A DNA stretch of 32,970 bases, filler included, from an uncultured virus (IMG/VR IMGVR_UViG_2522125174_000001) (Duplodnaviria > Heunggongvirae > Uroviricota > Caudoviricetes). It is 6 parts of one record of this genome, joined end to end, with 100 filler letters (N's around TTAATTAATTAA, not from the genome) between each part and the next. Parts side by side here need not be neighbours in the genome. Positions count along the whole stretch, not along the records: positions 5,615 to 10,711 come from IMGVR_UViG_2522125174_000001; positions 10,812 to 13,742 come from IMGVR_UViG_2522125174_000001; positions 13,843 to 17,258 come from IMGVR_UViG_2522125174_000001; positions 17,359 to 23,185 come from IMGVR_UViG_2522125174_000001; 2 more parts are not named here. The stretch is one strand, 5' to 3'. Below are positions 9,723 through 20,640 of this stretch, piece by piece; the stretch's first letter is position 1; each line of letters opens with the position of its first letter. The notes beneath the pieces are model-generated. The model had not been told where the DNA came from, searched no databases, and saw nothing but the letters and a program-made list of their open reading frames with translations. The translations under genes were made by a program, and so were the position numbers.

Positions 9723-10254
9723 TTGGATTGTTAGCTTATTACGGCCATTGTGCGTTGCAGCAACGGCCTTTTGCTTTGGCGTAGGGTGTGCAGGCTCTTT
9801 TTACTATGGCCCGCGTATTCAAAAAGAACGCTCGGCGTTGGTGGAATACAAGGCCCAACTCGCCATGGCCCATGCCCAATTGATTGAAACCCAAGCCAAA
9901 GTCGTCATACAAACTGAAATTCAATTCCGTGAACGCATCAAAATCGTTAAAGAAAAAGGCGACACCATTATCAAGGAAGTGCCTATCTATGTTACCCAAG
10001 CTGATACTGACCGTTTCGGCGTTAACGTTGGCTTCGTGCGCCACTACAATGCCGCCTTTGCCAACGAACCTGCCGGATCTCCCGCTGAGCCTGATCGAAA
10101 ACCCACCGGAATTTCGCTTGCTGAGATTGCCGAGGTCAATGCCTATAACGCCAACATTTGCTGGCAGTGGCGCGAGCAAGCGCTTGGACTAAGAGCATTT
10201 TATCGACAGTTACAAAATGCTCAAACAGCATCCACACACATCCTGAGCCAATAA
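9712..10254 (+). CDS. Rz-like inner-membrane spanin
   Basis: N-terminal hydrophobic segment and helical body. Last gene of the lysis cassette and contains an out-of-frame lipoprotein ORF. Confidence 0.65.
   Translation: MLNNWIVSLLRPLCVAATAFCFGVGCAGSFYYGPRIQKERSALVEYKAQLAMAHAQLIETQAKVVIQTEIQFRERIKIVKEKGDTIIKEVPIYVTQADTDRFGVNVGFVRHYNAAFANEPAGSPAEPDRKPTGISLAEIAEVNAYNANICWQWREQALGLRAFYRQLQNAQTASTHILSQ
9989..10192 (+). CDS. Embedded Rz1-like outer-membrane lipoprotein spanin
   Basis: MLPKLILTVSALTLASC with lipobox LASC, Pro-rich mature part, AAGGAAG upstream. Same length and lipobox in the second copy. Confidence 0.65.
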   Translation: MLPKLILTVSALTLASCATTMPPLPTNLPDLPLSLIENPPEFRLLRLPRSMPITPTFAGSGASKRLD

Positions 10255-10329
10255 ACCTCTTAGCCAGCATCTGATCTAGCGAACCTTGTGTTTCCCTCCC
10301 TATCACAGCTTTGCATCCTTTCAAATCAC

Positions 10330-12976
10330 TCACCTACCGCTCTTCTTCCTACTTTCTAACGCGCCTCGCTGCCTCAAAAGCCGCCCATTCATCTCGCTTA
10401 AGCCTTCTACGCCTTCAAACAACATATCTGCTACACTCAATGCTCCATGCCCCGAACTCCAGTTCAGTTTCAACTTATAGCCTTCCGCTTCTTTTTGCAG
10501 CTCCCACTGGCGCACTGACCTGTCTCTACTGCCACTCACCAAATACTGGTGTCCATCCCGCTCCGTCCAGGCTACACTAGACACGCCCCCCCTAAATCCA
10601 TGAATCACGCGCAGACACACTCCCGAGGACACTTCCCACAGACGCACCGTCTCGTCCTCACTCCCCGAGGCAATCTGCGTGCCGCTCGGCGAATACACCA
10701 CGCTCTGAACCNNNNNNNNNNNNNNNNNNNNNNNNNNNNNNNNNNNNNNNNNNNNTTAATTAATTAANNNNNNNNNNNNNNNNNNNNNNNNNNNNNNNNN
10801 NNNNNNNNNNNCGCACCGTAGTGTCAGCACCCCCCGAGGCAATCTGCGTGCCGCTCGGCGAATACACCACGCTATTAACACTTTCGGTATGGCCTTCTAA
10901 GGTGTGGATTTTTGCCCAGCTTGAGGTGTCATAGAGGCGGATCTTGCCGTTTCCAAGGCCCATCGCACAGGTTTTCCCATCCGGTGAATACGCGCAGGAA
11001 TTGACTTCGCTCTCTTCTTGTATATACGCCCATTCACCAAACTGCACCCCAGCCATCTGCGCACCGCTTAAATTCGCCTCACGGAGCCAGCTGGAGTGAA
11101 GCTTCACTCCGCTTAAATCCGATCCCTGCAATTGCGCTGAATCCAATACCCCAAAACTCAGATCCGCTCCAGGGATCCGGATCCCCTGTAAATCCAGCCC
11201 ATTCAACTGGATCCCTGCCTTGACCAGAATCGTGATCGCATTCGCCGCACCCTGACTCACAGAGTCTGTCTGCTTTGAGCTTTTGAGCCAGGCCAGCAGC
11301 GGTTTCACCAGTGCTCTGTTCTGTTGTACTCGCTCCACTAAAAACTGCTGAATCGCTGCATCCTCCACCAGATTGAAGCGCTTCAATAATCCTTTCGGAT
11401 CCACCCGATCCGAGTCATTCAGCGCTTTCCAGAGGGACTGGACATTCTTCATCCCATTCAAGGGTTCGCCTGCGTCCCCTCCTGCCGACTCTTCCAGCTC
11501 TTCCCACATCTCACGCGCCACGAAATAGTCCCGCAACGATTTATGGATAAACTGGTATTGGTCTCCTTGCCTCGATAACGGCGCATTAAACCGTAAGAGA
11601 CGCGTCTTTTCGTCATCATTACTTAAAAAACGACTCCAATCTTGCCCCTCGCTGGCTTTACCGGTCGAATATGTCGCAACCAAAACCTGCTTTTCATACA
11701 ACGCAAGCGCAAATTCCTGGCTAAAATGAATCCCATGCTCTACAAAATCCTCTTCGGCTAAGCGGTTAAAGGTTTTTTGCTCTTCTTTAGTGAGCTGAAT
11801 CCCTTGTAACCGGCTCTGCGAGCGGCCAAACCAGTTTTTCGCAAACTGCTCATAGAGTGCGCCTCGAGTATAGGAATTCCGATTAGAAGAGCCTTCTTTT
11901 GAGCCCAACGAAGGCAACACCTCTAGCACAATCTTAAGTAAAAATGGATTGCCTATCAGCGCCTGTAAGTCTGGATGCGATAAAGCGCTTTCATACTGTT
12001 CCGCACTCCATTTGGGGGCTTGAGCATGTCTGACATGGCTTTCTACATAGCCTTTAATAGCAGACTTAGAAAAAGGCGCCAGCTCGCATTCTTCAAATAC
12101 CCTGGCTTGACCGGAAGGATAAAACTTGCTTTGATAACTCGGTCCTAAATATTCTGGACGACTACTGATTATCACTTTAGCATCCCACTTATCGAGCTTA
12201 TTATCCATATAAAATGCCCGTTGACGATGCTTGATCTCATCATAGCCATCGAGAATAAAAATAAACCGCCGATTTTGACGTAGCTGTTGGATCTGCTCTT
12301 TTGAAAACCCTTCCTCAGTAAAATATTCCATTAGGAGATTTTTATTCGGATCTTCTAGACTCGTCAGCGGAATAAAGACTGGAATACGCTCATCTTCTTT
12401 TCTATCTGCCTGCTCATATTTCTCCCATAAATCGCGGGCCAAAGAGCGATTAAACGTCGATTTTCCTGAGCCGGCCTCGCCTAGCAGTAAAAAGACTTTT
12501 TTATCCGATTCTAAAAACGCATCAAGCTTGTGTCTTAAATCAAAACGCTCACCCGATTCGCTACTGCTCACCGCCTTACCTTCAGCCCCCACATAAAGAC
12601 TCAATGCATCTCTTATCGTTTCGTCAATTTGTAGGCCTGATAAATAATTCTGTCGCATCGTTTCAATGCTTTCACCTAAATTAGCTAGGGGAGCAGTATT
12701 AGGTTGTAAGGCGAAGTTTTGATGACGTATTAGAGTTTCTAAAAGCTTCGGGTCTAAACCTGTTCCATGGTAATGAACTTCCACTTGGTGATTCGAACCA
12801 CTCACTGGGATACTCACTAAGCCTGTGCTAATTTGTGTGACAGATTGCATCTCTGCATCATAAGCCTCATACATTGAATCAGGTCGTGCTCGTTTATTTG
12901 AAAAAGATGAATCTATTTGAGGAAAATATGAAGCTAAGGAAGGTTGAGTATTCTGGCTTGGATTAATCGGCGACAT
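10330..12976 (-). CDS. NLR-like protein 1: NACHT NTPase + pentapeptide repeats + WD40 repeats (assembly gap within the WD40 array)
   Basis: Walker A GEAGSGKS, Walker B FIFILDGYDE, IISSRPEYL, GNPFLL, FIHKSLRDYFVA, pentapeptides (GADLS…EANLS) and WD40 repeats. Repeat sequence matches on both sides of the gap at 10712-10811. Confidence 0.85.
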
Positions 12977-13148
12977 GCTGGCTACCCCTTTTTAATAATT
13001 CGTATTTAACCTATATCTGAATGATTCGCTGTCGGATAAAAATTCAGCTTTCATTGAATAAAAGCTATTCACTCAAATTAAGACAGCATGGGCAATATCA
13101 GAAACTCTGAAAACGATCTCGCTATTTCTACTTTTATCCTGGATTCAC

Positions 13149-13291
13149 GAATTTGACCGAAAGCCCGCCGGAATTTCGCTTGCTGAGATTGCCGAAGTCA
13201 ATGCCTATAACGCCAACGTCTGCTGGCGATGATATGAGCAAACGCTTGGACTAAGGTTTTTTATCGGCAGTTACAGCACATTCACCAATAA
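13149..13291 (+). pseudogene. Remnant of the 3' end of the Rz/Rz1 gene
   Basis: GAATTTGACCGAAAGCCCGCCGGAATTTCGCTTGCTGAGATTGCCGAAG… aligns by eye with 25085-25228 and ~10090-10215. Carries a premature TGA and an indel. Confidence 0.85.
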
Positions 13292-13332
13292 AATTCAGCT
13301 AGCTTTTGTATTGAACCAGCCTGCCCTCCTTA

Positions 13333-16005
13333 TCAAAGTCTAACATTTCTTTGAATAAAATCTAACACGCTATTCTCTGAGTATCGGGCCCCGCGCTGAT
13401 TTAACAGCTTATGGTTCACTTCGCTTAACCCTCTTACGCCTGCTATTAACGTACCGTTCACCATCAGCTCCTCATGTCCTGGTGACCTCCAATCCAGTTT
13501 GACCTTATACCCTTCTCTCTCTTTTTTTATCTCCCATTGGCGCACGAACTTATCGCTACTACCAGTCAACAGATATCCCCCTCCGGCCCCCCCTTGCCAG
13601 GTTACACTTAAAACGGATCCCATAAAACCTTGAATCTGCCTCAAGCATTCACCCGAGGATACATCCCACAGACGGACCGTATGATCATCACTCCCCGACG
13701 CCAGCTGAGATCCCGTCGGCGAATACGCTACGCTATTAACCCNNNNNNNNNNNNNNNNNNNNNNNNNNNNNNNNNNNNNNNNNNNNTTAATTAATTAANN
13801 NNNNNNNNNNNNNNNNNNNNNNNNNNNNNNNNNNNNNNNNNNACTCCCCGACGCCAGCTGCCCTCCCGTCGGCGAATACGCTACGCTCATAACACTACCC
13901 GTATGCCCGCGCAAGATCGGACCAGCAGCGCCGCTTATGACATCCCACAGACGAACCGTATGATCCAAACTCCCCGACGCCAGCTGAGATCCCGTCGGCG
14001 AATACGCTACGCTCATAACCCAAGACTTATGCCCGCGCAAGGTCAGGATGTTTGCCCAGCTCGACGTGTCGTACACGTGAATCTTGCCATCCTTAAACCC
14101 CATCGCACACGCTTTCCCATCCGGTGAATAGACGCACGAACTCACCCCGTTCTTTACTTTTAGAGTCGGCCATTCGCCAAACCGCACCCCCGCCATCTGC
14201 GCGCCTCTTAAATTCGCCTCACGCAGCCACACCTGACGAAAATTCACTTCGCTTAAATCCGCTCCTTTTAACTGCGCTGAATCAAATATCCCATAACTCA
14301 AATCCGCACCAGGGATCCGGATTCCATTTAAATCCGCTTCATTAAACTGTATCCCTGCTCTGACCAAGAGCGTGATCGCATTCGCCGCTCCCACCGTCAC
14401 CGCAGCATTCCGATTTTTAGACACATCTATCCACGCACACAAGTGGGCTTTGAAAGCCGAGTACTGTTTAACTCGCTCCACCAAGAAATCGAGAATCAGC
14501 GGTTCATCCACTAATAAGAATTGATTCAACACCGCTTCAACGTACGGTTGAGCGCTGTTAAATTGCGGACCACAAATCGCTCGCGCCACACAATAATCTT
14601 GGATCGATTTATGGATAAACCGATAGTGTTGTCCTTGATGAATCAGCGGCGCATTAAACAATAATAAACGTTTTTCTGCATCTTTTTTATTAAGATATGT
14701 CCGCCAGGCTTCTGGAACAACCTCATCCTTTTCAGGGTCGTAGGAAGCTCGTATGATCCCCTTTTGAGTCAAGGCAATCGCCATTTCCTGGCTTGCTTTT
14801 AGTCCTTCTGCAGCCAGATGTTGACCCAACTTATTTCGTGCATCTTTCTCTTCCTTGGTCAATTTAATATGCTGCAACCGCTCGTTAGAGCGATTCCACC
14901 AACGCAATATAAATGCGTCATACAGAGCAATACGAGTCATCGATGCTAGCTCGTTTTTAGTCAGATCGGGTAAAAGATCGAGCGCCATCCGCAGTAAGAA
15001 TGGACGGCGTATCGTTTCTTTTAAAGTCGGTAAATTATTTAAGGCGTCTTGATATCGTTTTAAATCCCATCCTTTCCGTTTGGTATGTTGAATATATTTT
15101 TGAATATATGCGGTGTTCCAGTCATCTGAAATTGGAGAAAGCCAATATTCTTGCAAGGCGGAGGTTTGACCCCGTTTCTGGAATTGACTACGATACCCCT
15201 CTCCGAGATACTCTGGGCGAGAACTGATAATGACTTGCGCATTCTTCCAGCAGTCAAGCTTATTCTGCGTATAAAACGCTTCCGTACGATCTTGAATTTC
15301 ATCAAAGCCGTCCAAAATAAAAACCAACCGTTTTTCTTTTCGAAGCATAGCAATCGCTTCTGGCGAGAATTCTTGTTCCAGCAAATAGCTTTCTATTAAA
15401 TCTTCGCGAGAAGGCGTATGTTCGGCAAGTGCAATAAAAATCGGGAGGGGCGCAGCAGGAGATTGCTTATACTCATCCCAGAGCATGCGCGTTAAATGTC
15501 GATTAAAGGTCGATTTACCTGAACCTGCCTCGCCAAGCAGTAAAAGCACTTTTTTGTTAGATGATAAAAATTCACATACTTTATCAATGAGCGTAAAGGT
15601 AATCTTACTATCCGCCATTTCCTGCCCTTCAGAAGGAATATACAGCGCAAGGCTATCTCTTATTTCATCGGTTTCTTCAAGCACATTGAGGTAGGCAGTT
15701 CTAAGTTCCTCAATCTGTGTACCTAATTGGGCTAGAGGCTTATAACGCGCAGCCTCTGCATGGGCGTTTAACCTTTCAAATATCAGCTTGGTATTTGGAT
15801 CTGAATCCGTTAAGAAAAAATTCGTTGTGACTATGTGATTCTGCCCATAGAGTTGATTGCTCACCATGCAGTTTTCGCTAACTTGCACAATGCTCTGTCC
15901 CTCTATACTTTCTTGCGCATGGATTGCATCAATCTGTGTCAGCAGATTGGAGGAGGTTGAAGTAATGGAAGTTTGGGGGATTCTTGAACCTGAAACGGGC
16001 AACAT
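13333..16005 (-). CDS. NLR-like protein 2: NACHT + pentapeptide + WD40 (gap within the WD40 array)
   Basis: GEAGSGKS, LVFILDGFDE, FIHKSIQDY, pentapeptides and WD40 repeats. AGGAG RBS upstream of the ATG. Repeats match across the gap at 13743-13842. Confidence 0.85.
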
Positions 16006-16302
16006 GCTGACTACTCCTCTTATAGCTCGTGTTTACTTGCCTCTAAATACATTAGTCAACAATTTAGCTTCCACCAAATAAAACTCAATGCTTCGAGCTG
16101 GCGCTTAGGCAGTACCAAAATCCCCGAAAGAGTTCGGCTTTTATTCGAAATTTTACTTGCCCAATTTTACGTCAAATTTGCTTCGGAAAATAAACACCTA
16201 ATTCGCCCTAATAAGGCCTAAAAACGCATAAATTAGCTATTGCTCCGAAGCAGAGAATCGTCTATCCTGTTGATTATATTCACTTTTGTTGAATTTCAGC
16301 CA

Positions 16303-16364
16303 GGACTCGAAATCCGGTATACTGGTCCCCAGTATCGAGGGTTCAAATCCCTCCCTTTCCGCCA
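16303..16364 (+). other. att-core: 3' part of tRNA-Ser(CGA), copy 1 (not a complete tRNA)
   Basis: GGA-CTCGAAA-TCCGG anticodon arm, long variable arm (ATACTGG…CCAGTAT), GAGGG-TTCAAAT-CCCTC T-arm and CCGCCA end. No D-arm or 5' acceptor strand upstream. Confidence 0.85.
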
Positions 16365-16734
16365 ATTCCCTGTGTTTATAAGGCTTTACAGTTTCAACCC
16401 TCCGCTTCTGCGCCGGTTTTTGCTTCGCACTTCCTATTCTGACACCCTGTTTGACCCCATCACACCAAGCCCTGCGCCGGTCTTTTGCTTCGGAATGCAT
16501 TATTTCGTCTATTTCGTGTGCGGGCTTATCGCAACGATCAATAAGGGAGAAAAACGTTTGAGTTGAATCGGGGATTGAGATGATTTTTTATCGTCTTGTA
16601 CCTTGCTGTGGAGAACAGCAGAGCACGTCCAAGCCGGAAAAATTTCTGGATGTTTAAGAAGGAGGGAAGCTAACTGATCTGTTGGCTTCTTGTGCTACGA
16701 CAATGCTACTTTTTCCGGTGAGCCCGTACTAGGT

Positions 16735-16797
16735 CTGAGCGAGAACCCACCGGAATTTCGATTACTGAGTTTGCCAAAATCAACGTACAGCAAGCGT
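16735..16797 (+). pseudogene. Short degenerate Rz/Rz1 remnant
   Basis: CTGAGCGAGAACCCACCGGAATTTCGATTACTGAGTTTGCC reads ENPPEFRLLSLP, matching Rz1 ENPPEFRLLRLP. Confidence 0.7.
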
Positions 16798-16846
16798 AGC
16801 GGGATTCTCGAGTTAACTCAAAGACTCCCGCCTTCCGCCAATAGGC

Positions 16847-19479
16847 CTATATTGCGCCTCGTTGTCTTAACAAAGCTGCATTTTGAAAACTGAGATTACG
16901 GGCATCTTGGATGAGGGCTTTTGAAGCAACAAGCGTATCTTGATTTGAAACCCAATCTAGCGTGATTGTGCCTATTTTGCCTGAGCGATAAGGAATTTGC
17001 CAAAGACGAATCGTTTTATCGTCTCCTGCTGTGGCCAATATAGCTGCTTCATCCTGCACGGGGTGCCACGCAACGGTCCGAATAGAACCTACCCAGCCTT
17101 CGAGTACCGTTTGACAATCCCCTGTTAAGACAGACCAAAGCCTAACTGTTTGATCCTCACTTGCAGACGCGAGCCACTGTCCATCACTTGAGAGCGCGAC
17201 GCTCCGCACTGCATCTGTATGCCCTTCATAGGTATAGGCCAGTGCACGTTCTCCCCCTNNNNNNNNNNNNNNNNNNNNNNNNNNNNNNNNNNNNNNNNNN
17301 NNTTAATTAATTAANNNNNNNNNNNNNNNNNNNNNNNNNNNNNNNNNNNNNNNNNNNNACTCCCAGAGGCAAGCTGCGTTCCGCTCGGCGAATACGCTAC
17401 GCTATTGACACCATCCGTATGTCCGAGCAACGTCCGGACCGATTCACCGCTTTGCACATCCCACAGCCGTACCGTATGGTCAGAACTCCCAGAGGCAAGC
17501 TGCGTTCCGGTCCGCGAATACGCTACGCTATTGATACCATCCGTATGTCCGCGCAGAGTACGGATTTTTGCCCAGCTCGACGTGTCATACACGCGGACCT
17601 TGTCATCTTCTAACCCCATCGCGCACGCTTTACCATCCGGCGAGTAGACACACGAATGCACTTCGCTCTTTTCTTTCAGAGTCGGCCACTCCCCAAACTG
17701 CACTCCCGCCATCTGCGTGCTACTTAAATTCGCCTGATACAGCCATACCTGACGAAAATTAACCCCGCTTAAATCCGACCCTTGCAATTGCGCTGAATCA
17801 AATACCCCATAACTCAGATCCGCTCCAGGTATCCGGATTCTATTTAAATCCGCTCCATTAAACTGTACTCCTGCTCTGACCAAGATCGTGATCGCATTCG
17901 CCGCGCCCACCGTCACTACAGCATCAGGAACTTTAGAGGCTTCTATCCACGCACGAAGGTACGCCTTAAACTGAGGTTGCCCTTTAACCTGCTCAACCAG
18001 AAAATCTAAAATCACCGGCTCTTTCACCAGCGATAGCTGATTCAGCACATTTTCGGGATTGGCATCGATTGCATCAAAATCAGGGGCGCAAATGGCTCGC
18101 GCCACTAAATACTCCTGCATCGACTTATGCGAAAATTCATAATGCTGCTTTTGCTTTATCTGAAACGGCGCGTTAAAGCACAGTAGACGGGCCTTTGCAT
18201 CATTCGCAAAAAAAGCCGCATAGACTCCTTTATATCGCTTCTCAAAATCCTCACTATCCTGAGCAGATGTCAGCCCCGCTTTGGTGAGCTCTATCGCGCA
18301 TTTCTGTATATAAGTAAAACCTTGTCGTATAAACCCACCTTTGCGCTCACAGAGTTCTTTCTTAGCCTTTTTTTCATCATCCTCTAATGCGATAGCGCCC
18401 AAGCGATTCTGCCAGTTACTCCACCATTTCTGAAAGTAGTGTTCATAAATCGCACCGAGCGTTAAGGCTTTCTGGTTTTGATTCATTTTCCCCAATTCAG
18501 GAAGGATCTGCAAAAGCATTCGCAACACAACAGGCCGTTCTAGTTCCTTGCTTAAAGTTGTCAACTTGTTAAATGCCTGCTCATACTGTTCCACAGTCCA
18601 CGGGGGAGTGCTTTTGTTGACATAATTTTGAATGTAATTCGACCTTTGCTGCGCTGAGAATGGGGCCATCCTGGCTTCCCAAAGTGCATCAGGCGCCGCT
18701 TTTTTAGGGCGGAAATACGCTTGATAATTCGTATCCAGATACTCAGGTCGGCTTGTAATCACAAACTTGGCCTTTTCCCACGCCCATAATTTATTTAAAT
18801 CATAAAAATTACGATTCCTTTCCTTGATCTCATCGTACCCATCAAAAATAAAAATACAGCATTGGTGTAGGTGAGTCCGTAATAATTCAATTTGCTCCGA
18901 TGCAAAACCTTGGCCCTGCAAAAATTGTTCAATAACCTGCTTATTCGGATTCTCAATACTTCTCAGTTCGATAAAAAAAACTAAAGGCGGATCGTTTTGG
19001 GTTTGGGACAGACGTTGATAATCTTCCAACTTTTTGAGGGCTAAATGTCGATTAAAGGTCGATTTCCCTGTGCCCGCCACGCCTTGCAATAAAAATACCG
19101 CCGCCTTTGAAGCAAAAAATCGCTCTAATTCTGCTTCAAGCTCTACCGTCTCTTCTCCTTGTTGGCCTTTCTTTATGCCCTGTACCGGAACATACATCGA
19201 CAGCACATCCACTTCGCCGCTACGCTCTAAATGGCTTTTATACGCTTGCTTGAATCTATCGGCATCGACGCCGAGTTTGGCAAGAGGTTCAAGTATAGGT
19301 TGGAGCGCCTTCCTCTGATTTTCTTGGCTCTTTTCAATGCCTTGCATTAAAGCTTCTACGATCTTGGGATCTAAAGCCCCCGCGTCGAAATTCACTGTAG
19401 ATTCATTATGCGCACCATAGACTGAGATATTAATCAAGCCATAGCTGTTTTGCGTTACTGGTCGTGCCTCAGGAAACAT
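16847..19479 (-). CDS. NLR-like protein 3: NACHT + pentapeptide + WD40 (gap; pairing of the two halves uncertain)
   Basis: GVAGTGKS, IFIFDGYDE, FSHKSMQEYLVA, pentapeptides and WD40 repeats. AGGAG RBS. The C-terminal piece 16847-17258 ends in the family-typical …NAALLRQRGA. Confidence 0.8.
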
Positions 19480-19780
19480 GCTAATCGCTCCTCTCTAATC
19501 ATTCGTTGATCTGCTGAATACGCCACTACCAGCTAAGAATTCGGCCTTCGCTGAATAAAACCTCCTGCCTCAAAGCTGGCACATAAACAACGCCAAAACT
19601 TTCCAAATAATTCGACTTTTATTCGAAGTTTTGCTCGCGCAATTCTACTTCAAAATTGCTTCGGAAAACTCATGCCTAATTCGCATTAATAAGGCCTAAA
19701 AAGCCCTAATTTGGCTATTGTTCCGAAGCAGAGAATCGTCTATCCTGTTGATTAAATTCACTTTTGTTGAATTTCAGCCA

Positions 19781-19842
19781 GGACTCGAAATCCGGTATAC
19801 TGGTCCCCAGTATCGAGGGTTCAAATCCCTCCCTTTCCGCCA
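19781..19842 (+). other. att-core: 3' part of tRNA-Ser(CGA), copy 2
   Basis: Identical to 16303-16364. Confidence 0.85.
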
Positions 19843-20640
19843 ATTCCCTGTGTTTATAAGGCTTTACAGTTTCAAACCTCCGATTCTGCGCCGGTTTTTG
19901 CTTCGCACCCCCTCTTCTAATCCCTTGTTTGCCCCCATCACTCAAAGCCCTGCGCCGGTCTTTTGCTTCGGAATGCGTTATTTTGTCTGTTTTTCAGGCA
20001 GGCTTATTGCAACGATCAATAAGGGAGAAAAACGTTTAAGTTGAGTCGGGGATGGAGATGATTTTCTGCATAGCCTGCGCCCCGCCCAATTCAACGATGG
20101 GGTCAATTCAGCAAAAAAGTCTAGAGCGTTTCGGATAGAGAAAAGCGGACCAAAACAGAGGACTCAACGAAACACATAGCCCTTAGCGCATCACTCTTAT
20201 TTCTTCGTGACGCGCAAAAAGCAAGAAGAACCCGATGAGAAAATCTTAAAAAATAAACAACCCTCTCAATCTAAATCTTGGCTCAGCGATTACATATCTT
20301 TAAAAAATAGATAAAAATAGAAGGCTAGTGAAAAAGAACATCTCTACCTTAAAAATTTGACAATTCGTAGAAATTGACTAAAAATTCAAATCAGCAAAAA
20401 TAATTGCTCTAGATAAGTATTCTGTTCCTTTTTGCAAAAACATATTTTACTTCTTCAAATTGTATAGCTTGATTACCATTCTCTCTCAAAAGATTCAGGC
20501 ACAGTTTATTATTTTTCTGCTTTGATTCAGATAAATTCTTTAAACTCGTGCTACTGAATCCAGACAGTAATAATAGCTATAAAATTCCTTTTTGAATGTG
20601 TTGTTTTTTTATTTTATGAAGAACTTTACTGGAGCTTATA

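Larger units (their letters stand above)
16140..16800 (+). repeat. Conserved att-locus repeat, copy 1 (others at ~19615-20066 and ~30695-31345)
   Basis: Flanks on both sides of the tRNA fragment align among the three copies. Confidence 0.85.

Noticed and set aside
1..10254. Tailocin/eCIS delivering the NLR-like proteins as toxins
   Set aside because: Head genes would lie outside the window, so their absence cannot be judged. The att sites and integrase remnant favour a true prophage, and the cargo is on the opposite strand.
16275..16364. Complete tRNA-Ser gene
   Set aside because: No 5' acceptor strand or D-arm, and the anticodon stem pairing breaks upstream of GGA. These are att-core duplications.
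16237..16566. Repeated short ORFs on both strands over the att locus (also 19715-20044, 30786-30977)
   Set aside because: Their similarity comes from the DNA repeat. AEREGFEPS is the familiar antisense translation of a tRNA 3' end.
20357..20385. Sigma70 promoter (TTGACA at 20357) for the chimeric fibre gene
   Set aside because: The -10 match is poor at 16-17 bp spacing and the region is AT-rich, so it cannot be supported.
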